Shown here: positions 1-14,123 of the stretch, one piece after another | Numbering within the stretch: position 1 is the first letter of the stretch | How the letters are laid out: each line of letters opens with the position of its first letter | Assembly (NCBI GenBank): GCA_964016885.1 | Contig: OZ024760.1 | Location: 5,518,001-5,582,000, forward strand | Reading direction: 5' to 3' | DNA length: 64,000 nucleotides | Source: Eledone cirrhosa | Lineage: Eukaryota | Translations under genes and position numbers: made by a program | Notes under the pieces: model-generated | Database searches by the model: none | Told to the model about the DNA's origin: nothing | The model's input: the letters and a program-made list of their open reading frames with translations, nothing else

Positions 1-1659
1 GTCCCCATGCTATCTGTCAACTACAAAATCAAACAAGCATATCATAGCAATGATATAACAGAACTACTTTGTGTCAACTGGCCCTCCGTCTTTAATATCA
101 TACTGAAATACATTAAGACAGAAATAGATCCCATAAATTTAAACATTCCCTAGACAAATTCCTCCAAGAAATCCTGGATAAACCCCCTTATGCCCAGATA
201 TGTCTCTGAAAACAACCCTTTACTGGAGTGGACCTGTAATCTGAAACACTTCAACATGTGGTGCTGTTAAGTTAGACATGGACTGGGCCAACACTGGCCA
301 AAACCTATCAAAGTTATGTCTTTCATTAGAAATATGGTAACAAATAGTTTAAAGTGTTTATTATAATTTATCTAAACACTTTCCATCATAATTCTATAAG
401 AACATTTGTTGAGTTCCAAATGACAGATAAATAACGAGAAGGTTCATTATAGTAATACTTAATAAATTCCTTCAAATTCTTGATTGTTTTTCCTAATTAA
501 TGCGGCAATGAATATGTTAAAATAGCAAGGTTAGATTTTAAAGTGGATTTGGTGATAATTTTTAGCAGGTCAAGTAACTTCTATAGAGGTTCATTCATGG
601 AATCCACTTTCAGGCTGTAAAAAATACAAAACAACTAGTGTGTGCGTATGCAATGTGTGTGTGTATATATGCAATGTGTGCGTGTATATATGGAATGTGG
701 GCATGCATATGTCATCATCATCATTGTTTAATGTCTATTTTCCATGCTAGCATGGGTTGTATAAATTATAAATATATGTATATTATATATATATATATGA
801 GATACATATATACACTCACACATTTTATATATATATATCAATTATCATCATCGTTTATATATATATATATATATACATATATAAAGTGTGTATATATATG
901 TATGTGTATAAATGAGGCAGCTACTATCCATCATATAAAGTGTGGAGGATGTGAAAGGTCAGAGGAATGACACATGTGGCCAGTTTAAGATAAAGTAACC
1001 TTTTTACAAGTCAGCTCTACTTTCTAGTTTAACATCATTCACCCAGTTCCTCTATGATTAACTAGAAATGTTGTTTAGTAACTCTCTCGCTCCCTCTCTC
1101 TCTCTCATTGCCATATACTGCTTTCTTAACTCAGTTAGCCACACTAGCATACACACACAGACATACTAACTTAGATCCTCAGACACTCAAGGTCATACTT
1201 AGCTTTACTAACTTAGACACACACACACACATAAGGTCCTATTTTTGCCATCTTAGCTTAGTCAGACACACCCATAAAGTCTTGCTCTACTTTCTTAACT
1301 TGATTAGTCACACAAGGTCTTAGTTAGCTTTACTAACTTAGACACACACACATGGTCTTACTTTACCATCTTAGCTTGGTTAGACACACACACACAAGGT
1401 CTTATCCTGTTTTCTTAGCTTGGTTAGACATACATGATCTTATTGTTTTCTCATCTTAGTCACATACAAGGTCTTATCCTTTTTCATTAGCTTAAATATC
1501 CAAACAAAGTATTTGTGTTTTTTCAACATAAACACCCTCCACACACACTCACACAAGGTCTTTTTCTGTTATCTCAACATATAGACACACATGGACTTAC
1601 TCTGTTTTCGTAACAAAACAATATTTCTTAGTTTCATCACCTCGAATAATTAAATTTGT

Positions 1660-1881
1660 AAGAATTATTGCTATATTTGAGCCTTGATCCAAACTACAAG
1701 AATTACTGTCATATTTGAGCCTTGATTCAATCCACAAGAATTACTGCCATATTTGAGCCTTGATTCTAATTACAAAAATTACTGCCATATTTGAGTCTTG
1801 ATTCAAACTACAAAAATTACTGCCTTATTTAAACCTTGATCTATTCCACAAGAATTACTGCAATATTTGAACCTTGATCCA
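1660..1881. repeat. 38-bp tandem repeat (~6 copies)
   Basis: Unit aagaattactgccatatttgagccttgattcaaactac at 1660, 1698, 1736 and onward. Preceded by a degenerate ttagacacacacaaggtctt repeat at about 1130-1600. Confidence 0.85.
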
Positions 1882-2695
1882 TTAGCTTACAGTCTTTGTT
1901 TATTATAACACTGCTATAATTTCCTGGTTATAATTCCTTAAGAAGATTTCAATTTCCAGGATTAAGCTTATCACTCTCTATTCTTTAATCCTGTCAACAT
2001 CAAATGATATGGGCCTTATTATCATTATTATTATTATTTAGTATTAGTTTAATACAGTAAAAAATGTATTTTATATATGATGCATATTTTAAATGCTAAT
2101 CTCAAATACCAATGTCTTGTACAATACATAGAGCACTCTTCTTTCCTTTACCTTTCTATAGAAATACTTAACACACACACATATCATTAGTTACAACAGT
2201 GACATATACAGGTACTTCAGGTCATTCAGCTGGTTATAAAAACAAAGATGACCACTAAAGATTGAATGGAATCTCTTTTGGCAAAAATATAAAAGAGCTC
2301 TTCAATGGCAGGTAATTTCGAAAATAGCTTATATATTCTTGCCAAAAGAGATTACATTCAATCTTTCTATGAGCATGGCATGGTCACCTGACCTAGCATT
2401 GATCACAACAGGATAACTCGTCTAACCCATGCCAGCATGGAAAAATAGACGTTAAACGGTGATGATGATGATGATATATATCTATACATACATACATACA
2501 CACACATATATATATATATATATTCAAGGAAATGACAAAATAGAGGTACAAAAAGTCTTATTAGCTTCACACTTTATATGGAAAAGAGGAAAGAAAGTTT
2601 GATGTGTTGGGCTTTAGCCCTTTTTTGGGAGTACAAAAATAGAGACAGGATCAGAAAGGATAGTTACATAAAATAAAAGGTAGTCTAAGTAAACT

Positions 2696-4303
2696 ACACA
2701 CACACATTCACACAAACTCCAAACCCAATTCCCTACACACATTCACACAAACTCCAAACCCAATTCCCTACACACATTCACACAAACTCCAAACCCAATT
2801 CCCTACACACATTCACACAAACTCCAAACCCAATTCCCTACACACATTCACACAAACTCCAAACCCAATTCCCTACACACATTCACACAAACTCCAAACC
2901 CAATTCCCTACACACATTCACACAAACTCCAAACACAATTCCCTACACACACATTCACACAAACTCCAAACCCAATTCCCTACACACATTCACACACACT
3001 CCAAACCCAATTCCCTACACACATTCACACAAACTCCAAACCCAATTCCCTACACACATTCACACAAACTCCAAACCCAATTCCCTACACACATTCACAC
3101 AAACTCCAAACCCAATTCCCTACACACATTCACACAAACTCCAAACCCAATTCCCTACACACATTCACACAAACTCCAAACCCAATTCCCTACACACATT
3201 CACACAAACTCCAAACCCAATTCCCTACACACATTCACACACACTCCAAACCCAATTCCCTACACACATTCACACACACTCCAAACCCAATTCCCTACAC
3301 ACATTCACACAAACTCCAAACCCAATTCCCTACACACATTCACACAAACTCCAAACCCAATTCCCTACACACATTCACACAAACTCCAAACCCAATTCCC
3401 TACACATTCACACACACTCCAAACCCAATTCCCTACACACATTCACACACACTCCAAACCCAATTCCCTACACACATTCACACAAACTCCAAACCCAATT
3501 CCCTACACACATTCACACAAACTCCAAACCCAATTCCCTACACACATTCACACAAACTCCAAACCCAATTCCCTACACACATTCACACAAACTCCAAACA
3601 CAATTCCCTACACACACATTCACACAAACTCCAAACCCAATTCCCTACACACATTCACACACACTCCAAACACAATTCCCTACACACATTCACACAAACT
3701 CCAAACCCAATTCCCTACACACATTCACACAAACTCCAAACCCAATTCCCTACACACATTCACACAAACTCCAAACCCAATTCCCTACACACATTCACAC
3801 AAACTCCAAACACAATTCCCTACACACACATTCACACAAACTCCAAACCCAATTCCCTACACACATTCACACACACTCCAAACACAATTCCCTACACACA
3901 CACATTCACACACTCCAAACACAATTCCCTACACACACACATTCACACACTCCAAACACAATTCCCTACACACACATTCACACAAACTCCAAACACAATT
4001 CCCTACACACACACATTCACACAAACTCCAAACACAATTCCCTACACACACACATTCACACAAACTCCAAACACAATTCCCTACACACATTCACACAAAC
4101 TCCAAACCCAATTCCCTACACACATTCACACACATTCCAAACACAATTCCCTACACACACACATTCACACACTCCAAACACAATTCCCTACACACACACA
4201 TTCACACACTCCAAACACAATTCCCTACACACACACATTCACACACTCCAAACACAATTCCCTACACACACACATTCACACAAACTCCAAACACAATTCC
4301 CTA
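2696..4303. repeat. 35-bp minisatellite (~45 copies)
   Basis: Unit cacacattcacacaaactccaaacccaattcccta. Confidence 0.95.
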
Positions 4304-4796
4304 CTTATAGTTTCTATTACAGTATATCAAGCAATCACTAATTGTTTTCCTGGTGTAATTAACTACAACAAGGCATCTTATGTGGCGTACTGTCATCCAG
4401 CCAAAATAGTAATCATCATCATTCTCATCATCAAGTATTTTATCCACTTTCCTCATGGCCTACAAAATAATTCATTTTTATTTTTTATTCAATTTTTAAA
4501 TTCTTATTTATTTTTATTATAATTGTTTCTACTTTAGGCACAAGGCCAACAATTTGAGGGGGCGGGGAAAGTCAATTGAATTGACCCCAGTACATTACTG
4601 GTGCTTTATTTTATCGACCCTGTAAGGATGAAAGGCAGAGCTAACCTCGGCAGGATTTGAAATCAGAATATAAAGGGACATACCTCTATTCTGCAAAGCA
4701 TGGTGTCTGACAATAATTTGGGGAGAGAGGAAAATGAATTAAATTGAAGTCAGTGCATTACTGGTACTTTATTTTGTCAACCCCCTCTGGCAGGGG

Positions 4797-5210
4797 GTAG
4801 GTTTAGCTGGCCTCCATTGAGGTTGTAACCCTAACCCTAATCCTGTCATGTTGTGACAGCTCACACCTGCGGCAGGTTTAGCTGGCCTACTACGAGGTTG
4901 TATCAGAGGCCCTCAGTCCTATTACGTTGCTGTTACAGCTCATACATATGTAGGTTTAGCTGGCCTACTACGAGGTTGTATCACAGGTTTCTTGGGTGTT
5001 TTAATGACAGGGACCTCAGTCCTATTACGTTGCTGTTACAGCTCATACATATGTAGGTTTAGCTGGCCTACTACGAGGTTGTATCAGAGGTTTCTTGGGT
5101 GTTTTAATGACAGGGCCCTCAGTCCTATTACGTTGCTGTTACACCTCATACATATGTAGGTTTAGCTGGCCTACTACGAGGTTGTATCAGCGGTTTATTG
5201 GATGTTTTAA
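4797..5210. repeat. ~103-bp tandem repeat (4-5 copies, first ones partial)
   Basis: gtaggtttagctggcctactacgaggttgtatc recurs at 4950, 5053 and 5156. Confidence 0.85.
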
Positions 5211-5695
5211 ACTCAGAACATAACGCACACTGTTACTAGTGACTAAATATTGTTGGGCTGTTTATTTAGCCCAGAGCTCCACCGATTCTTGTTCTCACCA
5301 CTTGAAATCTCAGACAAATATGAAAGAGAAGGAAGAAGACAGATCATTGTCCATGACATCATCTTAGTCTGAAAAAATGACATATATATATATATATATA
5401 TATATATACACTCACGCATGCACTCACACACACTGTGTGCGTGTGTTATAAATGTTTAAGTGGTCTGCCATAGCATCTGGCTTTTGTGCTGAACTCTGTG
5501 GTCACTTAGCTATATATATAGAGAGAGACGTGTGTGTGTGAATATGTATGTGTCTGTGTAGATATATGTGTGTGTGCGCGTGTGACACTAACTGAACTAT
5601 GTACTTCAGTTGGGTTATACCCCCAGAAGTGTCTTTATGATACTTATGCATCTTAAGTATGAATCATTGTGATTCACATACATACATACATACAT

Positions 5696-5732
<37 letters not shown>

Positions 5733-5748
5733 TACATACATACATACA

Positions 5749-5784
<36 letters not shown>

Positions 5785-6809
5785 TTAATATATACATACA
5801 TATATATATTAATATATACATACATATATATATTAATATATACATACATATATATATTAATATATACATACATATATTAATATATACATACATATATATA
5901 TTAATATATACATACATACATATATATATTAATATATACATACATACATATATATATATATTAATATATACATACATAGATATATTAATATATACATACA
6001 TACATTAATACATACATACATACATATATTAATATATACATACATACACTCATATATCACACATACACACACACACACACTCTGATACAAGCACACATAC
6101 ATATACGCACATATACACACATGACTCATTTATACTCACATACATAACAAACACGCAGCACACGCATGTACACACTCATGTACACACTCATGTACACACT
6201 CATATTTATAGATATTTAATGTAGCTCACATGGGATGGCACATTTGGGCCACCATCATTACCATTATCATCACTATCATCACCATCACCTCTATCATCAT
6301 CACCATCTCTATATCATCATCACCATCACCATCTCTATATCATCACCATCATCACCATTGCCATCAACACTATTATCATCACCACCACCATCACCTCTAT
6401 CATCATCACCACCACCATCACCTCTATCATCACCACCACCACCATCATCTCTATTATCATCATCATCATCTCTATATCATCACCATCATCACCATCACCA
6501 CTATCATCATCACCATCACCTCTACCATCATCATCATCATCATCACCATCTCTATATCATCACCATCATCACCATTGCCATCACCACTATTATCATCACC
6601 ACCACCATCACCTCTATCATCATCACCACCACCATCACCTCTATCATCACCACCACCACCATCATCTCTATTATCATCATCATCATATTAAAACAATGTT
6701 AACGAATTATCTACCCTAATTATGATGTGAGTCAATTACTGAAAGTTGATCATATTTCCTAATTTGAAACAGAATGGATTAAGTTGTGTAATGAATGACC
6801 TCGTTTATG

Positions 6810-7568
6810 GTCTGAGTTCAAATCTTGCGGAGGTTGACTTTGCCTTTCATCCTTACGGGGCTCGATAAAATAAAGTACCAGTAATACACTGGGTAATTGC
6901 TGGCCTTGTGCCTAAAGTAGAAACATTATTATTATTATTTTGTATGTTAGGATGGCAGTGGGTCGGCAGAATTGGTAGAGTGTCGAACGGCATGCTTAGT
7001 GGCATATGAGTTCAAATCTCACCAATGTTAGCTTTGTCTTTCCTCCTTACAGGGTCCACAAAATAAAGTATGGTAACACCCTGGGGTCGATTTAATCGAT
7101 TTTCCCTTCCCTCAAAAAATTACTGGCCTCGTTCGTACCAAATCTAGACATAATAATTGTTTCTACAATAGGCACAAGGCCAGCAATTATCCCAGAGTAT
7201 TACTGGTACTTTATTTTATCGACCCCCCCGTTAGCATGAAAGGCAAAGTTAACCTCGACGGGATTTGAACTCAGAATGGCAAGGGCCATAACTATGCATC
7301 AAAGCATGGCATCCAACCCTCTACCGATACTGCCAATTCACCGCCATAGTAGATATAATAATGGTTTCTACTTTAGGCACAAGGCCAGCACTTTTGAGGG
7401 AGGGAAAGTAGATTAAATTGACCCCAGTACATTACTGGTACTCTATTTTATCAACACCATAAGGATGAAAGGCAAAGCTAACCTTCGCAGGGTTAGAACT
7501 GAGAATGTAAAGGGATCTAACTCTATGCTACAAAGCATGATGTGCAACGCTCTACCGATACTGCCATG
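6810..7568. mobile_element. Cluster of four SINE copies (+,+,-,-)
   Basis: Copies at about 6810-6930(+), 6950-7150(+), 7155-7350(-) and 7360-7568(-), each with B-box and central-domain motifs. Confidence 0.8.
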
Positions 7569-7589
7569 TAGAAATGATAATAGTTATTA

Positions 7590-9700
7590 TCACCACGAAT
7601 ACCACTACCATCATCACCACTACCACCACCATCACCAATACCACTACCACCATCACCATCACCATCACCAATACAACCATTACCACCATCACCAATACCA
7701 CTACCACCAATACCACTACCACCATCACCAATACCACTACCACCAATACCACTACCACCATCACCAATACCACTACCACCATCACCAATACCACTACCAC
7801 CAATACCACTACCACCATCACCACTACCACCATCACCAATACCAATACCACTAGCACCATCACCAATACCACTAGCACCATCACCAATACCACTAGCACC
7901 ATCACCAATACCACTACCACAATCACCATCACCACTACCACCAATGCCACTACCACCATCACCACTACCACCATCACCATCACCACTACCACCAATACCA
8001 CTAGCACCATCACCAATACCACTACCACCATCACCAATACCACCATCACCAATACCACTACCACCATCACCAATACCACTACCACCAATACCACTACCAC
8101 CATCACCACTACCACCAATACCACTACCACCATCACCACTACCACCATCACCAATACCACTAGCACCATCACCAATACCAATACCACCATCACCACTACC
8201 ACCATCACCAATACCACTAGCACCATCACCAATACCACTAGCACCATCACCAATACCACTACCACCATCACCAATACCACTAGCACCATCACCAATACCA
8301 ATACCACCATCACCAATACCACTACCACCATCACCACTACCACTAGCACCATCACCAATACCACTAGCACCATCACCAATACCACTACCACCATCACCAA
8401 TACCACTAGCACCATCACCAATACCAATACCACCATCACCAATACCACTACCACCATCACCACTACCACTAGCACCATCACCAATACCACTAGCACCATC
8501 ACCAATACCACTACCACCATCACCAATACCACTACCACCAATACCACTACCACCATCACCACTACCACCATCACCAATACCACTAGCACCATCACCAATA
8601 CCACTAGCACCATCACCAATACCACTAGCACCATCACCAATACCACTACCACAATCACCATCACCACTACCACCAATGCCACTACCACCATCACCACTAC
8701 CACCATCACCATCACCACTACCACCAATACCACTAGCACCATCACCAATACCACTACCACCATCACCAATACCACCATCACCAATACCACTACCACCATC
8801 ACCAATACCACTACCACCATCACCAATACCACTACCACCATCACCAATACCACCATCACCACTAGCACCATCACCAATACCACCAACACCACTACCACCA
8901 TCACCACTACCACCATCACCAATACCACTAGCACCATCACCAATACCACTACCACCAACACCACTACCACCATCACCACTACCACCATCACCAATACCAC
9001 TACCACCATCACCACTACCACCATCACCAATACCACTAGCACCATCACCAATACCACTAGCACCATCACCAATACCACTACCACCATCACCACTACCACC
9101 ATCACCAATACCACTACCACCATCACCACTACCACCATCACCAATACCATTAGCACCATCACCAATACCACTAGCACCATCACCAATACCACTAGCACCA
9201 TCACCAATACCATTAGCACCATCACCAATACCACTAGCACCATCACCAATACCACTACCACCATCACCAATACCACTACCACCATCACCAATACCACTAC
9301 CACCATCACCACTACCACCAATACCACTAGCACCATCACCAATACCACTACCACCATCACCAATACCACTACCACCAATACCACTACCACCATCACCACT
9401 ACCACCAATACCACTAGCACCATCACCAATACCACTAGCACCATCACCAATACCACTACCACCATCACCAATACCACTACCACCATCACCAATACCACTA
9501 CCACCAATACCACTACCACCATCACCACTACCACCAATACCACTAGCACCATCACCAATACCACTAGCACCATCACCAATACCAATACCACCATCACCAA
9601 TACCACTACCACCAATACCACCATCACCACTACCACTAGCACCATCACCAATACCACTAGCACCATCACCAATACCATTGCCACCATCACCACCATCGTT
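7590..9700. repeat. Compound trinucleotide satellite (CACCATCACCAATACCACTAS)n
   Basis: 2.1 kb of ACC/ATC/AAT/ACT triplets, which explains the 588-727 aa low-complexity ORFs. Confidence 0.95.
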
Positions 9701-10418
9701 ACTACAATAGATATGAACTGTTGACCTCTAAGCAAGTAGTTTGAGTACCTCTCACCTTACACTCACTCTCCCTCACTCACACTCAACTAATAATGTCGGT
9801 CAATAAGTCAAGTGCGCCCCCCCCCCATCTTTCTAGAATGTCTTTATTTACATAGGTATCTTGTTTTCTTTTCCTTGTCATCTGACTTGGTGCTGGTAGG
9901 GGCGGGAGGGTGGGCTGATGTGTATTGCCTGTATGTGTAGTGTGTGTATGTGTGTGTATATGTGGTGTGTTTGTGTATGTGTAGGTCTACACAGCTGACC
10001 TGGAGTTGATACTGCTGCTACAACTACTATTACTATTTCTATTAGTACTGCCAGTACCACTACTACTACTACTACCACCACCACCACTACCTCTACTACT
10101 ATTACGACATGTGATATAAGATATAAGCCTAGTTTGTTGGTGATGGTTGTTAGTGAGGTGGATAGAGGAAGAAACAGATCCATCTTTGTAGGAGATTTCC
10201 TGAAGAGGTTAATGAAGATGGGAAATTGTGGTGATGGCTGCACACAGTAAAAGTCTCTCTCCCTCCCTCAGATCAGTAACAGTATACCCCCACCACCACC
10301 ACCACCACTACCACCCCTTTAAAAAAACCATTACCAGTACATACAGAGACTTCCAGTGTCTGTTGTGGAAGTACTGAAGCTGTTCTAGAGGAAGACGCTG
10401 TACTTATGTATATATAGG

Positions 10419-10452
10419 ATGGTGTCTGATAAGACAAAAAATGCTTACAATA
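10419..10452 (+). CDS. Candidate first coding exon of cytohesin (MVSDKTKNAYN + A)
   Basis: ATG in good context (aggATGg). 34 nt ending in phase 1 before GTATGT. Splicing to 11314 gives MVSDKTKNAYN-N-LTDDEQQ, an N-terminal length typical of cytohesins. No homology support for the peptide itself. Confidence 0.4.
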
Positions 10453-10460
10453 GTATGTGC

Positions 10461-10510
<50 letters not shown>

Positions 10511-10638
10511 TCATTAGTTAAGCAAAACAAGACCACAAATTTCACAAGGAAGACATTATTAAAAGATTGTCAACATATTTTAGTTTGATGTAAGGAATGT
10601 AGAGAATAATAATAATAATATCAATAATAATAATGTCC

Positions 10639-10757
10639 GTTTACAATTGTTTCGCTACTCCATATAATATTTCTGGATCAGATGACTATATATCATTATT
10701 GATCTGGATCAGTTGAAAATAATTAACATATTTAAAAACAGAGTGGCTCATCGGAAC
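10639..10757 (-). ncRNA. Degenerate hammerhead with very long (~95 nt) stem II
   Basis: GUU-CCGAUGA-GC C ACUC...GAGU A GC-GAAA-C(AAUU)G-UA|AAC. One core substitution (CUG to CCG). Same GAAACAAUUGUA end as the 23008 copy. Confidence 0.5.
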
Positions 10758-11044
10758 TTCAAAGGAATATAAATTAAAATAAGGAGAGAATGTTACATAA
10801 TATACTATAGACTACCTTTTTATTTTATGTAACTATCCTTTGTGAGTGACCCTGTCTCTATTTTTTGTACTTTTGAAGAAGGGCTAAAGCCTGACACATC
10901 GAACTTTCTTTCCATATAAAGCGTGAAACTAATAAGACTTTTTGTATCTTTGTTTTGTTGTTTCCTTGAACTGTATATATATATATATATAAACAAGAAA
11001 GTGTAAGTCAACAGGTTAAAAATTAACTTTGTTTATTCATAATC

Positions 11045-11103
11045 GTTGTTATATATATTTCGGTGATTACTATTATACAACAGCTATGACCTCATCAGAC
11101 AGC
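11045..11103 (-). ncRNA. Type I minimal hammerhead ribozyme
   Basis: GCUGU-CUGAUGA-GGU C AU...AU C ACC-GAAA-U(AUAU)A-UA|ACAAC. Confidence 0.75.
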
Positions 11104-11313
11104 TAAAATTTGAACAGGAAAAAAAACAGAAAAACATAACGATGGAATAAAGCTTGCTTCTGTTAATTCGAATTTTTTATATGCTCTGTGCTGAAATTTG
11201 TTGTTGTTTTCTCAAGGCACCAGTAGCATATATATGTATATATGTATAAGATTACTGTTGTAGGGATGTCTAACTGTTGGTTAATTAAATACTTTTTCTT
11301 GTTTAATTTATAG

Positions 11314-11387
11314 ACTTGACTGATGATGAACAGCAAGTCCTGATGACGATAAGGGAAAGGAAGCATAAGCTTGAACTGGATATCAAG
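11314..11387 (+). CDS. CYTH: Cytohesin-family Arf-GEF, coiled-coil exon (probable exon 2): (D/N)LTDDEQQVLMTIRERKHKLELDIK
   Basis: Pyrimidine-rich acceptor ttttcttgtttaatttatAG at 11312-11313 and donor GTAGGT at 11388. The 74-nt phase 1 to phase 0 exon resembles the cytohesin N-terminal coiled coil (DLTPEEQQELENIRRRKQELLADIQ-like) and joins in frame to 22591-22655. Confidence 0.88.
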
Positions 11388-11690
11388 GTAGGTGGTTGAG
11401 TATTATTACTACTAATATACACACTACACAGCCCCCCCCCCCAAAAAAAATGACTAGTATCTTTAGCAAGTCATATACAACCTTTTATAATGTAGCGAAT
11501 TGGCAGAGTCATTAGAACGCCAAATAGAATGCTTTGTGGCATTAGTTTCGGTTTTCTGAGATCTGTATACAGCAACTGCATTTGTAGATGCTCTCCTCCG
11601 CTCGCAGTGAGGATGATCTTTCACTACTTAAAACATGCTCCTGGCCTTCTTGTAAGCCCGGCAGAACTGTCCCTACTGATATATATACAT

Positions 11691-11832
11691 GGAGGCACAT
11701 GGCTTAGTGGTTAGAGCTTTGGCCTTGCAATCGAAAGGTTGTGAGTTCAATTCTCAGACCGGGTGATGTGTTGTTTCCTTGGGCAAGACACTTTATTTCA
11801 CATTGCTCCAGTTTACTCAGCTGTAGAAATGA
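11691..11832 (+). mobile_element. Second tRNA-derived SINE family (CORE/V-like ccttgggcaagacactt body)
   Basis: ggaggcacatggcttagtggttag (A-box), gtgagttcaattc (B-box), then tccttgggcaagacactttatttcac. Related copies at about 25420-25672(+) and 50340-50478(-). Confidence 0.75.
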
Positions 11833-12204
11833 GATGATAGGGACTGGGGTCCATATCATTCCACTGCAAAGTGGTCGTGGAGGTGCCAAGGCAAAAAAAG
11901 CACCCAGCACTCACTGTAAATGAGGTTGGTGTTAGGAAGGGCATCGAGCTGTAGAAATCAAGCCAGAATCAGTTCCTATCCCACCCTTGCAAGCAGGGGA
12001 AAAGAGGACGTAAAATGATGATGATGATATATATATATGTCGTACTGTTCATATTTAAATCAATATAGTGACTAAATGATATTCATATTATTAGTCTCAA
12101 TACCCCAGATCCATCTCACCATCTTCCTTAGAAACAATCCAAAGAATATATATATATATATATATATAATAAATAAATATATATAAATAAATATATATAT
12201 ATAA

Positions 12205-12280
<76 letters not shown>

Positions 12281-12436
12281 ATAATAATAAATTTGAAGAC
12301 TAAAATCCAAAGAGGGCTCGATAAGGATAAATATATATCAAATATATAAGAACCCTAGAGCAAATATATATATATATAAAATAAATAAATATATATATAT
12401 AAATAAATATATATATATATATATATTTATTTATTT

Positions 12437-12494
<58 letters not shown>

Positions 12495-12495
<1 letters not shown>

Positions 12496-13008
12496 GGTAT
12501 GGACATGTGATGCGTATGAAGGATGACAGCTGCATAAAAAGGTGCAGAACACTAAAGGTCGATGGAAGCCTTGGAGTGGGGGGAGACCCAAGAAGACCTG
12601 GGGTGAGAAGATAAAAGCTAACCTTGCCAAATTGCACCTCTCAAAGGACCGAGACCTCTGACGTTACGCAGTAATACAGAAGACCCGACTTCCCACGGGT
12701 ACAAGCTGAAGCTGAAGCATGTAGACAGTATGCTCCCACTGTAAAGTGGTCGTGGAGGCGTCACGACAAAAAAAAGCACCCAGTTCGCACTGTAGAGTGG
12801 TCGTGTAGGCGCCACGGTAAAAAAGCACCCAGCACTCACTGTAAATGAGGTTGGTGTTAGGAAGGGCATCCAGCTGTAGAAATCAAGCCAAAATCAGTTC
12901 CGTATGAGCAAGACATGGTCACCTGACCTGTCATTGCCCGGACCAGGATGACGCATCTAACACATGATAGCATGGAAGAATGGACGTAAAACAGTGATGA
13001 TGATGATA
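12495..13008 (+). mobile_element. 5'-truncated RTE-clade LINE (ORF C-terminus + 3'UTR + (GAT)n tail)
   Basis: Translates WYGHVMRMKDDSCIKRCRTLKVDGSLGV.GRPKKTWGEKIKANL, the RTE post-RT W.GHV.R...GRP...W motif, followed by a UTR with GTTAGGAAGGGCATCCAGC and a GAT-repeat tail. Confidence 0.8.
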
Positions 13009-13654
13009 TATAAACTGTAATGAGTTGTGTATTGGCAGTCATTAGTGTCGGATAAAATGCCAATGTGGTGGTATTTGTTCTTGTTCTTTAGGTTCCCAGA
13101 TGAAATCCTATCGAGAGGTTAACTTTGCTTTTCATCCTTCTGAAGTACCAGTTAAGTACTGGGGTTGATTTAATTAATCAACTTTGCTCCCCCCCCCCCC
13201 AAAAAAAAAATTTACTTGCCTTGTCCCTACATTAGAAATCAACATACACCCACTCTCCTCCCTATCTCTCTCTCCCAATAGTACTCCATCCCTTCTCCTT
13301 AATTTAAGTTAATTGGAAAATCCCAGTGACACAATGGCTTTTTAGAAACATCAAATTGGTTTGTTTGGTAAATATGTCACTAGATGTTTGTTGCTTTATT
13401 GCCTGGGTGAGGTAAATGTTAATATATATCCTTGCAAGCAGGGAAGAGTAGACGTAAAATGATGATGATGATGATGATATAATTGTTTCTACTTTTGGCA
13501 CAAGGCCAGCAATTATCGCAGTGTATTACTGGTACTTTATTTTATCGACCCCGTAAGGATGAAAGGCAAAGTTAACCTCGGCGGGATTTGAAATAATAAA
13601 ATAAAACAAGAATGAGTGGTTACTGCTTCATTACGTTTATATATATATTACGTG

Positions 13655-13728
<74 letters not shown>

Positions 13729-13771
13729 AAATAATGGTTAAGACATGATAAAGTCACCATAATTGTTTATT

Positions 13772-13822
13772 ACATTATATATATTTCTGTTACATGATTA
13801 TTCATGTGACTTCGTCAGATGC
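13772..13822 (-). ncRNA. Type I minimal hammerhead ribozyme
   Basis: GCAU-CUGACGA-AGU C ACAUGA(AUAA)UCAUGU A ACA-GAAA-U(AUAU)A-UA|AUGU. Confidence 0.75.
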
Positions 13823-14065
13823 TTGCTCAATCATTGGTGTAGTTATGCAATCATTGTGATATATATATTGAACCACTTCTGTACTGGATGGTCGCGCATG
13901 GTCACCAGCACGTCACAATGATATATATATATATATATATACAGAGAGAGAGAGAGAGAGGGGGCTAAACAATGCAAAATGGGCTGTAAGATGAGGTAAC
14001 GATAAAGTAAGTTACCTCGTCCATACTTGGTGGCTATATCAGTTGATTCAGATTTATTTAAAACT

Positions 14066-14123
14066 CTGTTATGCATATTTCATTGAAGACTATCAGTTAT
14101 GACAGCCTGAGCTCTTCAGACGG
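14066..14123 (-). ncRNA. Type I minimal hammerhead ribozyme (partly decayed stems)
   Basis: CCGU-CUGAAGA-GCU C AGGCUGUCA(UAAC)UGAUAGUCUU C AAU-GAAA-U(AUGC)A-UA|ACAG. Confidence 0.65.

Noticed and set aside
4826-4840. Telomere-like TAACCCTAACCCTAA
   Set aside because: Only about 2.5 units, too short to call an interstitial telomeric sequence.
6230-6702. His-rich ORFs resembling cephalopod histidine-rich beak proteins
   Set aside because: Pure (CAT/CAC) microsatellite with no signal peptide or Gly/His motif organisation.
7552-9735. 588-727 aa ORFs (Thr-rich mucin-like, Pro-rich, Val-rich)
   Set aside because: Several frames are open only because the DNA is a stop-poor trinucleotide satellite. 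There are no splice signals or non-repetitive domains.
10143-10250. Alternative cytohesin first exon (MVVSEVDR...MGNC)
   Set aside because: Needs a weak G|GTGATG donor and has no homology. 10419-10452 has a better start context and donor.
10872-10905. TTGAAGAAGGGCTAAAGCCTGACACATC, with similar motifs at 26430-26460 and ~2600-2625, as hammerheads
   Set aside because: They resemble the CUGAAGA..GAAACGUC remnant type, but core positions are mutated. Not counted as ribozymes.
11691-11765. tRNA gene
   Set aside because: A and B boxes are present but the sequence continues into a SINE body without an acceptor stem, so it is a SINE head.
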